Below are positions 1 to 8,292 of a stretch of 64,000 nt of DNA, piece after piece. The notes beneath the pieces were generated by a model that searched no databases, was not told the DNA's origin, and worked only from the letters and a program-made list of their open reading frames with translations. The position numbers and the translations under genes were made by a program. Source of the DNA: Patescibacteria group bacterium (GTDB taxonomy: Bacteria > Patescibacteriota > Minisyncoccia > Phycocordibacterales > UBA9973); NCBI GenBank assembly GCA_018816985.1, contig JAHIVA010000049.1, positions 2,466 to 66,465 on the forward strand, written 5' to 3'. The stretch's first letter is position 1. Every line of letters starts with the position of its first letter.

Positions 1-420
1 GTGGGAGTAAATGTCCCAAATGCAACCGTCATTATTATTGAAGGAGCGGAACGTTTCGGTTTAGCTCAACTTCATCAACTCCGGGGGCGCGTTATTCGTA
101 GTTCACATCAAGCTTATTGCTATATTTTCGCGGAAGCAAAAAGTGAAAAAACAATCGCCCGACTCAAGGCCTTAAAGACCGCAAAAAATGGTTTTGAATT
201 GGCAGAACTAGACCTAACTCTTCGTGGTTCGGGAGGGCTTGGGAGCACAAAACAATGGGGTATAACCGATCTAGGAATGGAAGCAATAAAAAATCTAAAA
301 ATGGTAGAAGCCGCCCGCACTGAAGCTATTATCTTAATTGAAAAAGACCCAGAACTTAATAAATACCCACTGCTAAAAGAGAAAGTTAGGCAGAAAGTTC
401 AAGAATTCCACTTTGAGTAA
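1..420 (+). CDS. recG: ATP-dependent DNA helicase RecG, C-terminal fragment (start lies upstream of window)
   Basis: Frame is open from base 1. Helicase C-terminal motifs GVNVPNATVIIIEGAERFGLAQLHQLRGRV are typical of RecG. Confidence 0.8.
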   Translation: MGVNVPNATVIIIEGAERFGLAQLHQLRGRVIRSSHQAYCYIFAEAKSEKTIARLKALKTAKNGFELAELDLTLRGSGGLGSTKQWGITDLGMEAIKNLKMVEAARTEAIILIEKDPELNKYPLLKEKVRQKVQEFHFE

Positions 421-460
421 GTTAAACAAAAAGCATGCCCCGGATGAATAAATTGCGTAA

Positions 461-1018
461 TTATTTATAATCCGGTTTTATTTCTTCTGCACCTTCTAGA
501 TGACTCGCAACACGAGCTAAAGCATAAAGTAAACTGGAAAGTCTGTTTAAATAAGACAGGGTTTCCTCACTTACTACAACCTTCCCTTCTTCCCTAACTG
601 CGATCACACGCCTTTCTGCTTTTCGGGACAATGTTCTAGCAATATCTAACACTGCACCGTCTTTGGTGGCTCCACTCAAAAAGAAATTTTTAATTGGGGG
701 TAATTTTTTTTCAATAGCATCAACTATTTTTTCAACTTTAATCACTTTTTCCGCATCAATAGACAAAGTCGCACCGGCCACTTCTGCTTGCACGATAAAT
801 AAATTCTGCTGAACTTCCAAGATAAGCTCGGAAAATTTTATTTTCTGATCTTTGACTTCAAAAATTTTATCTTTGGTTCTAGCTCGAGCCAACCCTAAAA
901 AGGAATTCACTTCATCAAGCGCACCAAGAGCTTCGGTGACAATTGAACTTTTAGAAATGCGCTGATCACATCCAAAAGTTTTAGTCATACCCTTATCTCC
1001 TTTTCTAGTATACAACAT
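461..1018 (-). CDS. PduO-type ATP:cob(I)alamin adenosyltransferase
   Basis: 185 aa. The N-terminus MLYTRKGDKGMT and the overall size match the PduO/MMAB family. It lies directly downstream of the B12-dependent RNR. Confidence 0.8.
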   Translation of the reverse strand: MLYTRKGDKGMTKTFGCDQRISKSSIVTEALGALDEVNSFLGLARARTKDKIFEVKDQKIKFSELILEVQQNLFIVQAEVAGATLSIDAEKVIKVEKIVDAIEKKLPPIKNFFLSGATKDGAVLDIARTLSRKAERRVIAVREEGKVVVSEETLSYLNRLSSLLYALARVASHLEGAEEIKPDYK

Positions 1019-1050
1019 AGCTTTATTCTACTCTTTTTAAAAAATGCAAA

Positions 1051-3345
1051 CTATAGTTCACAGACTCCAGAAACACAAGCAAATTCTTTGGCTCCAGTAG
1101 TATTATCTGTTGCTTCATATTGAGAGAGTTTTGAAAAATCAATTTTACCGATAAATTTTGTTCGTCTTTCATATTCTTCTTTGGTAATTGCTTCATAAGG
1201 GGCTAGTTGATAAACATGTTCTGAACGTGGAAGAAAAGAAAGTCCACCAATAGATTCCCAATTTTCATAGACGAAATTGCCGACAGCTATCCATTCATCC
1301 GGTCCCACATAAATAGTAGCCGAGGGATTATGTTCCACAAAGTGATCTTTAAGTCTTTTCCATTCTTTAATTAAGTCTAAAGCAGAAACATCATCTTTAA
1401 AAATTGCTCCCTCCGGTGCTTTGACTGGAAATTCTAAAACAAAAGTAGTAGCCAAGGCTTCAGATTGACCAACTTCCGGCAAGCATGGTACTCCTTGATC
1501 CCGAGCCATTTGTAACAAAGTGTCTGTGTGAGAAATACGTACTCGACGAATAAAATATGGAGCATACCAAGGATGCATACCTGAGCCAACTCCTAAAAGT
1601 TGCCCAGAATTACCATGAGGTTTTACACAAGTAATAGCGGTTGAAGCATTAATACCAAAACGTTTGGCATATTTCTTATTTGTTTCAATAGAATCAAGAC
1701 GAAGAGCATCAAGTACTTTGTCATCCCTGATTATTTTATTGTCATAATAGCCAGTTAAAGACACCCCAAGTAATCTCTCGGATTCACAATTTTCTTTCCA
1801 TTTTTTTGAAAGATAACCAAAATCAGTCAAAGTAGATTGGTAAGTCCCAAGTAAGGTTGCTAATTCCATTTTTCTTTTTAAGGTTTCCGCTGTATCTTTC
1901 GGACGAATCACAATACTGGTTAAATTACAAAATTGTTTGGAACGCAAATAAATTTCTCCGCAAGGATTCATTCCTATCTGCCTTTCATCCTTGAGGGCTT
2001 CCCAGCGACGGGCGGGTAATTGTTTTTCTAGTCCACCTCGGTTAAAGATTCCGCGTTCTCCAGATTTAGATTTTACTAAAGCAGTCCATTCATTTAAAAA
2101 TTCTTCGGCAGATGGTTTGGAATTATAAACTGCTGAATTGTTCGCCATACTGCGTTGACCCTCCGTCAGGTAGAATTGTCCTTTTTTAGCATCGCGCATT
2201 TCTGTATCCTCCAATTCAGAAAGCGAAATAAGCGCGCTCCTTCGTACTCCGCCAGCCACTACAATCATTCCTATCTGGCAAATAATATCGTGCATATCCA
2301 AATTAGAGAGACGACGACCTTGTTTTGATAAAATTTTACGCCTAGCAAATTCCATCAAGTCCATTAATGGTTGCGGTCCGGAAGCCCTACCACCAGCAGT
2401 CTCCAGACGCGCCCCAGCCGGCCTAATCATACTATAATCAAATTTTATATCTTTTCCATCAAACCAAGCCTTGAGTCCTAAAACAAAAGCATCTGCCCAA
2501 CCTTCTTTACTGTCTATTACAACATAAGTAGTTGGTTTTTCTTTTGTTTGTTTTTTTATTTGCGGAAATTGTTGAACATTTTCCCATTCAACCGCAAAAC
2601 CTAGCCCAGCTCCACACATTGAAATATACATAATCTCCCCTAAGTCTTGAGGACAAGTAGGAGCAATATAGGAACAATTATAAGCCCAAACATTGGACTG
2701 ACGACAAGCCTTCCCAGCAGACCATAAAAGACGCATTGAAGGGCAAATATCTTGATTTAAAATAGCTTCTCGAACATCTGTATATTCTCTAGTGGTAAGT
2801 TTATCCCCTATATTTTCTTTCATATAAGACATATAACGGTCAATCGCCTCAATCCATGTCTCCCTACGGCCTAATTCTGGAACCCATCGGGAATAAAATT
2901 GGTAAAAAATATATTCCGAATAAGGACTATAAAAATATTTACTGGACTCTTCCACTGCAAGTCTAATATTTTCTGAAACCGGACCGAAGGCTGCCCGAAG
3001 TTCTGAGCGCTTATTGCGGTAAAGAATATATTTTTTGGCAGTGTCGGTAAAACCATTTTTCATTAATTCTTTTTCCACGAAATCTTGAACCATTTCAACT
3101 GTTGGTAAAAATTTTGCTTTTTTATTTTTACTTATTAATTCTGACTGAAGACCTAACAAAGTCCTGAAGACACGATTGGACACTGCCCCTGATTCTATTT
3201 CCCCTCCTTCTCCTGTTACTTCAAAAGCTTTTAAAACAGCCCGAGTAACCCTTGGAAGTTCAAAAGAAACAACTTCACCAGTTCTCCTACGAATTGATTT
3301 AATTTTTTTTAATTCACTTTTTAAAATTTTTTTTGTTTTTTTCAT
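1051..3345 (-). CDS. nrdJ: Class II (adenosylcobalamin-dependent) ribonucleotide reductase with ATP-cone-like N-terminus
   Basis: 764 aa. It has the RNR core motif NPCGEI and a C-terminal Cys pair (CVSGVCEL). Its length fits monomeric class II enzymes. Confidence 0.75.
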   Translation of the reverse strand: MKKTKKILKSELKKIKSIRRRTGEVVSFELPRVTRAVLKAFEVTGEGGEIESGAVSNRVFRTLLGLQSELISKNKKAKFLPTVEMVQDFVEKELMKNGFTDTAKKYILYRNKRSELRAAFGPVSENIRLAVEESSKYFYSPYSEYIFYQFYSRWVPELGRRETWIEAIDRYMSYMKENIGDKLTTREYTDVREAILNQDICPSMRLLWSAGKACRQSNVWAYNCSYIAPTCPQDLGEIMYISMCGAGLGFAVEWENVQQFPQIKKQTKEKPTTYVVIDSKEGWADAFVLGLKAWFDGKDIKFDYSMIRPAGARLETAGGRASGPQPLMDLMEFARRKILSKQGRRLSNLDMHDIICQIGMIVVAGGVRRSALISLSELEDTEMRDAKKGQFYLTEGQRSMANNSAVYNSKPSAEEFLNEWTALVKSKSGERGIFNRGGLEKQLPARRWEALKDERQIGMNPCGEIYLRSKQFCNLTSIVIRPKDTAETLKRKMELATLLGTYQSTLTDFGYLSKKWKENCESERLLGVSLTGYYDNKIIRDDKVLDALRLDSIETNKKYAKRFGINASTAITCVKPHGNSGQLLGVGSGMHPWYAPYFIRRVRISHTDTLLQMARDQGVPCLPEVGQSEALATTFVLEFPVKAPEGAIFKDDVSALDLIKEWKRLKDHFVEHNPSATIYVGPDEWIAVGNFVYENWESIGGLSFLPRSEHVYQLAPYEAITKEEYERRTKFIGKIDFSKLSQYEATDNTTGAKEFACVSGVCEL

Positions 3346-3351
3346 TTTAAT

Positions 3352-3915
3352 TTAAGTTGTTTTGGGATGAAAGATACTGATAAACGACAATTTTTTCTCT
3401 TTCTTTTTTCTTATTAAAAAATTATAAATGGTGGGCGAGAGAGCAAAAGCAAAAACAACATTACTAAGTAAGTGAAGTGCGGTAAAAGGAATTTGTCCAA
3501 CTAAAGATCCGAAAAATGATTGATGGAAAAAAATCGGACCAACTGAAAGACCGGTAAATGCATCAAAAAACAGTGTTCCAAAAATTGCAAAACGCACATA
3601 TCCCCATTTATCTTTTTTTCCACCTGGGACGCACTTTTGGGCGGAAAAATAACGAGCAGCCCACAAACCAAGTATCCCATAAGCAATAGCAGTAAAAAAT
3701 GTTTGTATTCCAAGTGTCCCGGTTACAATATCGTAAAGTAAAATACTTAAAACGGCAAAAGAAAAACCGACGAATGCTCCGTAGACCTTACTAAAAGGCA
3801 TCATGGTCGCTAAAATCGGCTCAACATTAGGCGCGCGGAACGGAATAAGACGCACCAACAGACATAAAATAAGTCCTAGAAAAAATTTAAAATAATTTTT
3901 GATGCTCGCTTCCAT
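3352..3915 (-). CDS. Integral membrane protein (5-6 TM), possible vitamin/ECF-type substrate-capture component (function uncertain)
   Basis: 187 aa, hydrophobic. It is the first gene of the cluster with nrdJ and the adenosyltransferase. TATAAT lies 8 nt upstream of the ATG. Function is inferred from context only. Confidence 0.4.
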   Translation of the reverse strand: MEASIKNYFKFFLGLILCLLVRLIPFRAPNVEPILATMMPFSKVYGAFVGFSFAVLSILLYDIVTGTLGIQTFFTAIAYGILGLWAARYFSAQKCVPGGKKDKWGYVRFAIFGTLFFDAFTGLSVGPIFFHQSFFGSLVGQIPFTALHLLSNVVFAFALSPTIYNFLIRKKKEKKLSFISIFHPKTT

Positions 3916-4035
3916 GTCAAACCATTATACACGAAAAGAGTCCCTTAATGTAAAGTGGATAACTCCAATTTTAAGCGATTTTTAGAAAAAATTACTTTAA
4001 GCAACACCAAAAAAAATAAAACAAGGTATGTTTTT

Positions 4036-4164
4036 AAAAACGTAGCTTTTGCAGGGGTTTGACGAGCGACGGCGCGAAAATTTCAGGCCTTCGGCTCTGA
4101 GAGCCTCAGGCTCGAAGAGATTTTTTATGCTTCAAAAAATCCGTACCAAAAAAAACTACGTTTT
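4036..4164. other. G+C-rich structured island closed by a 10-bp inverted repeat (AAAAACGTAG / CTACGTTTTT)
   Basis: Interlocking arms GAGCC-tga-GGCTC-tca-GAGCC-gaa-GGCC. It lies between the histidine kinase stop and the promoter of the 3915 gene. No known RNA family was recognised. Confidence 0.3.
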
Positions 4165-4168
4165 TGTT

Positions 4169-5818
4169 TTACGTCATTACAGGTAATTCCACAAAGAAAG
4201 CAGAACCCTTACCCGCCCCTTCAGATTCCGCCCAAACACGCCCTTTGTGGGCTTCTATTATTAATTTTACAGAATAAAGACCGTAACCCGTACTATCTAC
4301 ATTTATTTTAACAGAATCTTTGCCCCGTCCGCCTTCAGTAAATAAATTCTTTTTATCTTCTTCTGTTATACCGACACCAGTATCTTTAACAGAGAGTCTC
4401 GCTTTGCCACTTTCAGCTTCCAGCCCAACTATTATTTTTCCTTCCTTGGTGTATTTAATAGAATTTTCAATTAAGTTGTTTACCACCTCCTTGAGCCAGA
4501 TAGAGTCTCCAAAAACACTACAAATATTATCATTTTTTATTTCTGTTTCAATTTTTAAACCTTTTGCTTCGGCTGAAATTTCTTTTTCTGATATTGAATT
4601 TTTAATTAAATTATTAAAATCAATCACCTTCATATCATATTTAATTAATCCTTTTTGCATATTCGAAGCATTCAAAACCAAATCAACCGTTTCAATCCCC
4701 ATATTGTCTGACTCAAGTCCTTGCTCCGCAAACTTTTTCAACTCCGGAGTTACTTCCCCGAAGGTGCCGTCCAACATTCCGGCAAAAATATATTTGGAAC
4801 GAGTAAAAGAGCCCTTCACTTTATGGGTAACGAGATGTACCAGAGACTCTCTTTGTTTAAGTAAATCTTGAAGGTCAACATTAAGCTTTACCAGTTCTTC
4901 TTTTTGTTTTATCTCTTTTTTAACACTGCGAATTAAAAAGTATCCTAAAACTATTGAAGCGACAAAAGTAAAACCATTCAAAACCATATTAGTAGGAGTT
5001 TTAATAAAGAAAAATTGTGAACCAATCAAAATCACAAGTCCCCAGACTAAAGCTTGCGTTGCGATAAGCTTTACATTAAAAGCTCTAAAACGAACCATAA
5101 GAATACTGATGTAAATCATAAATATTACCATACCAAACAATCCATATAATTCGAGTTGGGAATTTGGCAACAAGCCTATTTTTGTAAGATAAGTCGCTAA
5201 AAATTCCATTCCAAAGAAAGAAAAGAGAAACAATTCAATCCCTACCCCCATGAGAATTATTTGTTTTTTAAAGTCGGGAATTGCCTTACGATATCGATAA
5301 ATAATCAGTATAAGAATCCAAACCATTGCTAGTACGCCAAGCAAAGTGCCATAGGCCTTAAGGGGAAACCACTCAAAATCAAACGCATCGCAATTAGTTA
5401 AGTTAAAACCACTCAAGTTAAGAGGGGTGGAAGCAAGAAAAATAATAGGAGCAAGTAATGCGAGAAAAAAAATCTTAAGTCGAACTGAAACGTCCTTCTT
5501 CTCAAGAAAAACATAAATAAAATAAATGCAGAATATTGAAAGCAGACCTAAAATCAAACTAAAGAAAGACCAGATAAATAATATGAAATCGCTGTGAATA
5601 TTTGTCCATGCAATAAGAGTCGATACTGTCCAAAGTGAGAAAAATATAGAGATTGCTAAAAGAAGCCTGTTGAGTAAAAACTGCTTGCCTTTCCAAAAGG
5701 CATATAAACTGAAAAAAAGTGCAATTACTGTGGCTGGAATTTGCGCATAATACAATAGCGCAGGCACATCGGGAGAATAAAAGAAAAATGTAGGTTCAGG
5801 AAATAAATAGCAAATCAT
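4169..5818 (-). CDS. Sensor histidine kinase with multi-TM N-terminal domain
   Basis: 549 aa with about 8 N-terminal TM helices, an H-box-like HLVTHKVKGSF and HATPase_c motifs (DTGVGITEEDKKNLF, STGYGLYSVKLIIEAHKG). Confidence 0.8.
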   Translation of the reverse strand: MICYLFPEPTFFFYSPDVPALLYYAQIPATVIALFFSLYAFWKGKQFLLNRLLLAISIFFSLWTVSTLIAWTNIHSDFILFIWSFFSLILGLLSIFCIYFIYVFLEKKDVSVRLKIFFLALLAPIIFLASTPLNLSGFNLTNCDAFDFEWFPLKAYGTLLGVLAMVWILILIIYRYRKAIPDFKKQIILMGVGIELFLFSFFGMEFLATYLTKIGLLPNSQLELYGLFGMVIFMIYISILMVRFRAFNVKLIATQALVWGLVILIGSQFFFIKTPTNMVLNGFTFVASIVLGYFLIRSVKKEIKQKEELVKLNVDLQDLLKQRESLVHLVTHKVKGSFTRSKYIFAGMLDGTFGEVTPELKKFAEQGLESDNMGIETVDLVLNASNMQKGLIKYDMKVIDFNNLIKNSISEKEISAEAKGLKIETEIKNDNICSVFGDSIWLKEVVNNLIENSIKYTKEGKIIVGLEAESGKARLSVKDTGVGITEEDKKNLFTEGGRGKDSVKINVDSTGYGLYSVKLIIEAHKGRVWAESEGAGKGSAFFVELPVMT

Positions 5819-6261
5819 ATAGTATTGTCTGTCTCGTTAATTTGTAAAAGGTTCTCTTCGTCGGATCCAATATTATCATTGATTGATGTGTCTGTTTTCC
5901 CGACTGGAATTACACAAATATTATCATCCAAATCTACGTCACAATAGTCCACAGAGCACTCACGGTCTTCTGAAAGACATATGCTAGCTGCTTCGCAATC
6001 AGTTATATCGTCACCACATTCCCTGTACAAATCAGGTGCGTATTTCACCATTTCGGAATAATAGAACATTTCAGTACAATCATCATCCTCACAACCTGTA
6101 AAACATTTTTCTGTGACAGGGTCGCACGTGCCTTCATATCTAACCAAATAATCATGATTAACCATGAAGCGATAATAAGAAACAATACCAATCATAATAA
6201 TGAGTAGTGCCAGGACATAGAAAAAAAAGTTCTCGCGAAAATGTATATATCTAATTTCCAT
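5815..6261 (-). CDS. Membrane-anchored Cys/Asp-rich hypothetical protein
   Basis: 148 aa with one N-terminal TM and an acidic domain carrying about 10 Cys. Its stop overlaps the kinase start by 4 nt (ATGA coupling). Confidence 0.5.
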   Translation of the reverse strand: MEIRYIHFRENFFFYVLALLIIMIGIVSYYRFMVNHDYLVRYEGTCDPVTEKCFTGCEDDDCTEMFYYSEMVKYAPDLYRECGDDITDCEAASICLSEDRECSVDYCDVDLDDNICVIPVGKTDTSINDNIGSDEENLLQINETDNTI

Positions 6262-6320
6262 AGTACTGTGGATAGTATATCATAAGCTTAATATTACGTG
6301 AAGATAGAAAGGTGTATTTG

Positions 6321-7238
6321 TTATGAAATAAAGAGTAGGTATGTTCCAATCCCAGTTATGCAAATAGCGATGATTTTTTGCCAAAGATGTTTTGTTTGTA
6401 TTTTTTCAACTGTTATCTTCGGGAAAAAAATAGTTAAGAATATACCAATAGTCAGAACGAAAATCGGCTGAAAAGAATCCACAAGAAGTACGAGTGCGAT
6501 AGGAGCAAGCAGATATGCAAATGAAAATATAATATTCCCAAATATAAAAAGAGATTCGTTTAGAATATTAAGAGACAAAATTGCTTTAGAATTATTGCGT
6601 ATTGCTAATAGAAATTTATTACGATATGAACGTATAAACGCAAAAATTATGATACCTATTAAAACAAGCATGAGATGCTCCCAGAAGAGTGACCGCCAAA
6701 CATTTTCCTCAAGCGCAACCGCTTTAAAGATAACTGATCCAAGCGCCCAAAAAAAAGAGGCAGCAAGCATGAGTACTATGGTTTTTCGACGAAGTTTAAA
6801 CTTATTCTCCACATCTATCTCAAAAGAAATAATCGTCGTGCCAAGAATAACAATCGCCATAGCAATGAGTTTTATTTGAGTTAGTACTTCACCAAGAACA
6901 AAATAACCCAATATTAATCCAAATACTGGCACAAGCTGGTAAAATACAATAGTAACCGAAGCTTCTTCTTCTTTTAGAGCTAAAAGATAACACCACAATA
7001 CCAGTATATTTAGAATTCCAACCACTGAAAGAACAATAATATGAACTCCATCAACATCTAATACTGTCCTGTCCGCTAAAAAGAAAAAAGGCAATGCAAA
7101 AATGGAAAGAAGAGAAGAGAAAAGAAGGAGTGTGCCAACTCCACTTTCTTTGAAATATTTCTCTAATAGAATTTTATCTATGTGATTTGTTAAAGCATAT
7201 AGAAAAGAACCAAAGAGTGCTATAAAAAACCAAACCAT
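6321..7238 (-). CDS. EamA/DMT-family transporter
   Basis: 305 aa with about 10 TM helices in two repeated halves, typical of the drug/metabolite transporter superfamily. Confidence 0.7.
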   Translation of the reverse strand: MVWFFIALFGSFLYALTNHIDKILLEKYFKESGVGTLLLFSSLLSIFALPFFFLADRTVLDVDGVHIIVLSVVGILNILVLWCYLLALKEEEASVTIVFYQLVPVFGLILGYFVLGEVLTQIKLIAMAIVILGTTIISFEIDVENKFKLRRKTIVLMLAASFFWALGSVIFKAVALEENVWRSLFWEHLMLVLIGIIIFAFIRSYRNKFLLAIRNNSKAILSLNILNESLFIFGNIIFSFAYLLAPIALVLLVDSFQPIFVLTIGIFLTIFFPKITVEKIQTKHLWQKIIAICITGIGTYLLFIS

Positions 7239-7255
7239 GTGAATAAGTATATTAC

Positions 7256-8167
7256 TTAATTGTTATAAGTCAACGAAACTTTATATTTTTTTAGTAAAAA
7301 ACTGGGTTTATATTTTAATTTTGAATTTCTCAAACCTTGAATTCCTAAATCTTGTTCCCAATTATAGTATTTAATCCCTTGGTTTTTTAATATTTTTGCT
7401 TCTTCAAAATTTAATATGTCATAAACCGATGAATGAAAAGAAATATCGGCTTTTATGAAGTGAGAAATAGCATAGTTATCAGCTAAAATTTCAAATATTG
7501 AAAACCCAATTAAAATATTTTTCAAATACAATGATAAAACTTTTATATTTTCATTGTCAGCTTGGAATAATTTTTCAAATGCTTTATACTCACTTAATTC
7601 AAAATAGTTTTCTATCTTTTTATTTTTTGTCCATTTTTTAAAAACTTCCAAGTATTCATTTTTTGATATTTTTTTAACTGAAGAATATTGTCTAATAAAA
7701 AAGTCTGGGTATTTTTTAATAAATTGCCTAATTCTTTTACTCGAACTATTTTGATGCCAAGCATCCATGTTTGCCAGATGTGAAGTGGAATAAATATAAT
7801 CATGAGAATTTAAATCAGGAATCGCTGAGAATCCTAATTTCATTAGAATTTTTGCCATTTCTTCAGGAATTAGTTTTAGTGAAGAAGTTTGGTAATTCTT
7901 TTTAGAGAAATTAATTAATTCTAAAGCAGTTTCTGAAATTTTATTTTTTCCAATAAACGAAATAAAAGGCTTGCCAGAAATATAGTCACTGAAAACAACA
8001 ACTAAATTTTTATTTAACTGAGATATTTCCATATTGTTAGATATATCCCAAATCCACATACTGATAAAATTAAAATCGGAATATGGTGGAAATTTAGAGG
8101 TAAATTTTTCGACATCTTTTTTGTCTGAAAATTCTAATTTTTTAAATTGTGGAAATTCTGGAATCAT
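7256..8167 (-). CDS. DUF2156 / phosphatidylglycerol lysyltransferase C-terminal-domain-like protein
   Basis: 303 aa. The N-terminal pattern FKKLEFSDKKDVEKFTSKFPPYSDFNFISMWIWD matches the characteristic start of the LPG_synthase_C/DUF2156 family. Confidence 0.5.
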   Translation of the reverse strand: MIPEFPQFKKLEFSDKKDVEKFTSKFPPYSDFNFISMWIWDISNNMEISQLNKNLVVVFSDYISGKPFISFIGKNKISETALELINFSKKNYQTSSLKLIPEEMAKILMKLGFSAIPDLNSHDYIYSTSHLANMDAWHQNSSSKRIRQFIKKYPDFFIRQYSSVKKISKNEYLEVFKKWTKNKKIENYFELSEYKAFEKLFQADNENIKVLSLYLKNILIGFSIFEILADNYAISHFIKADISFHSSVYDILNFEEAKILKNQGIKYYNWEQDLGIQGLRNSKLKYKPSFLLKKYKVSLTYNN

Positions 8168-8210
8168 AATATTTTATTGAATTCTTCAAATATCCCGTCT
8201 ATTAAACATG

Positions 8211-8284
8211 TCCGCCCCCTTGGACTCGAACCAAGGACCCTCGAGGTATAAGCTCGATGCTCTAACCAGCTGAGCTAGGGGCGG
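8211..8284 (-). tRNA. tRNA-Ile, anticodon UAU
   Basis: Cloverleaf read by hand. Acceptor is CCGCCCC/GGGGCGG, with U8A9. D stem is GCTC/GAGC and anticodon stem is TCGAG/CTCGA. Loop is CTTATAC and T arm is CTTGG-TTCGAGT-CCAAG. Confidence 0.8.
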
Positions 8285-8292
8285 ATGTTTTT

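Noticed and set aside
4036-4164. Cobalamin (or TPP, guanidine-II or c-di-GMP) riboswitch upstream of the B12 gene cluster
   Set aside because: There is no B12 box (GCCACUG). A CTGAGA and ACGA/ACGG tetraloop-like strings occur only on the strand antisense to the flanking genes. The element also lies upstream of the predicted promoter of the 3915 gene, not in its leader.
4320-4871. 183-aa + strand ORF, and similar antisense ORFs (for example 120-320, 2871-3056, 6595-6879, 14148-14384, 18533-18823, 29598-29780, 35103-35375, 46541-46867, 49022-49330, 50139-50498, 55778-56041, 61106-61393)
   Set aside because: All lie entirely within, and antisense or out of frame to, longer ORFs with clear family motifs. 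Their products are low-complexity. They are treated as shadow ORFs.
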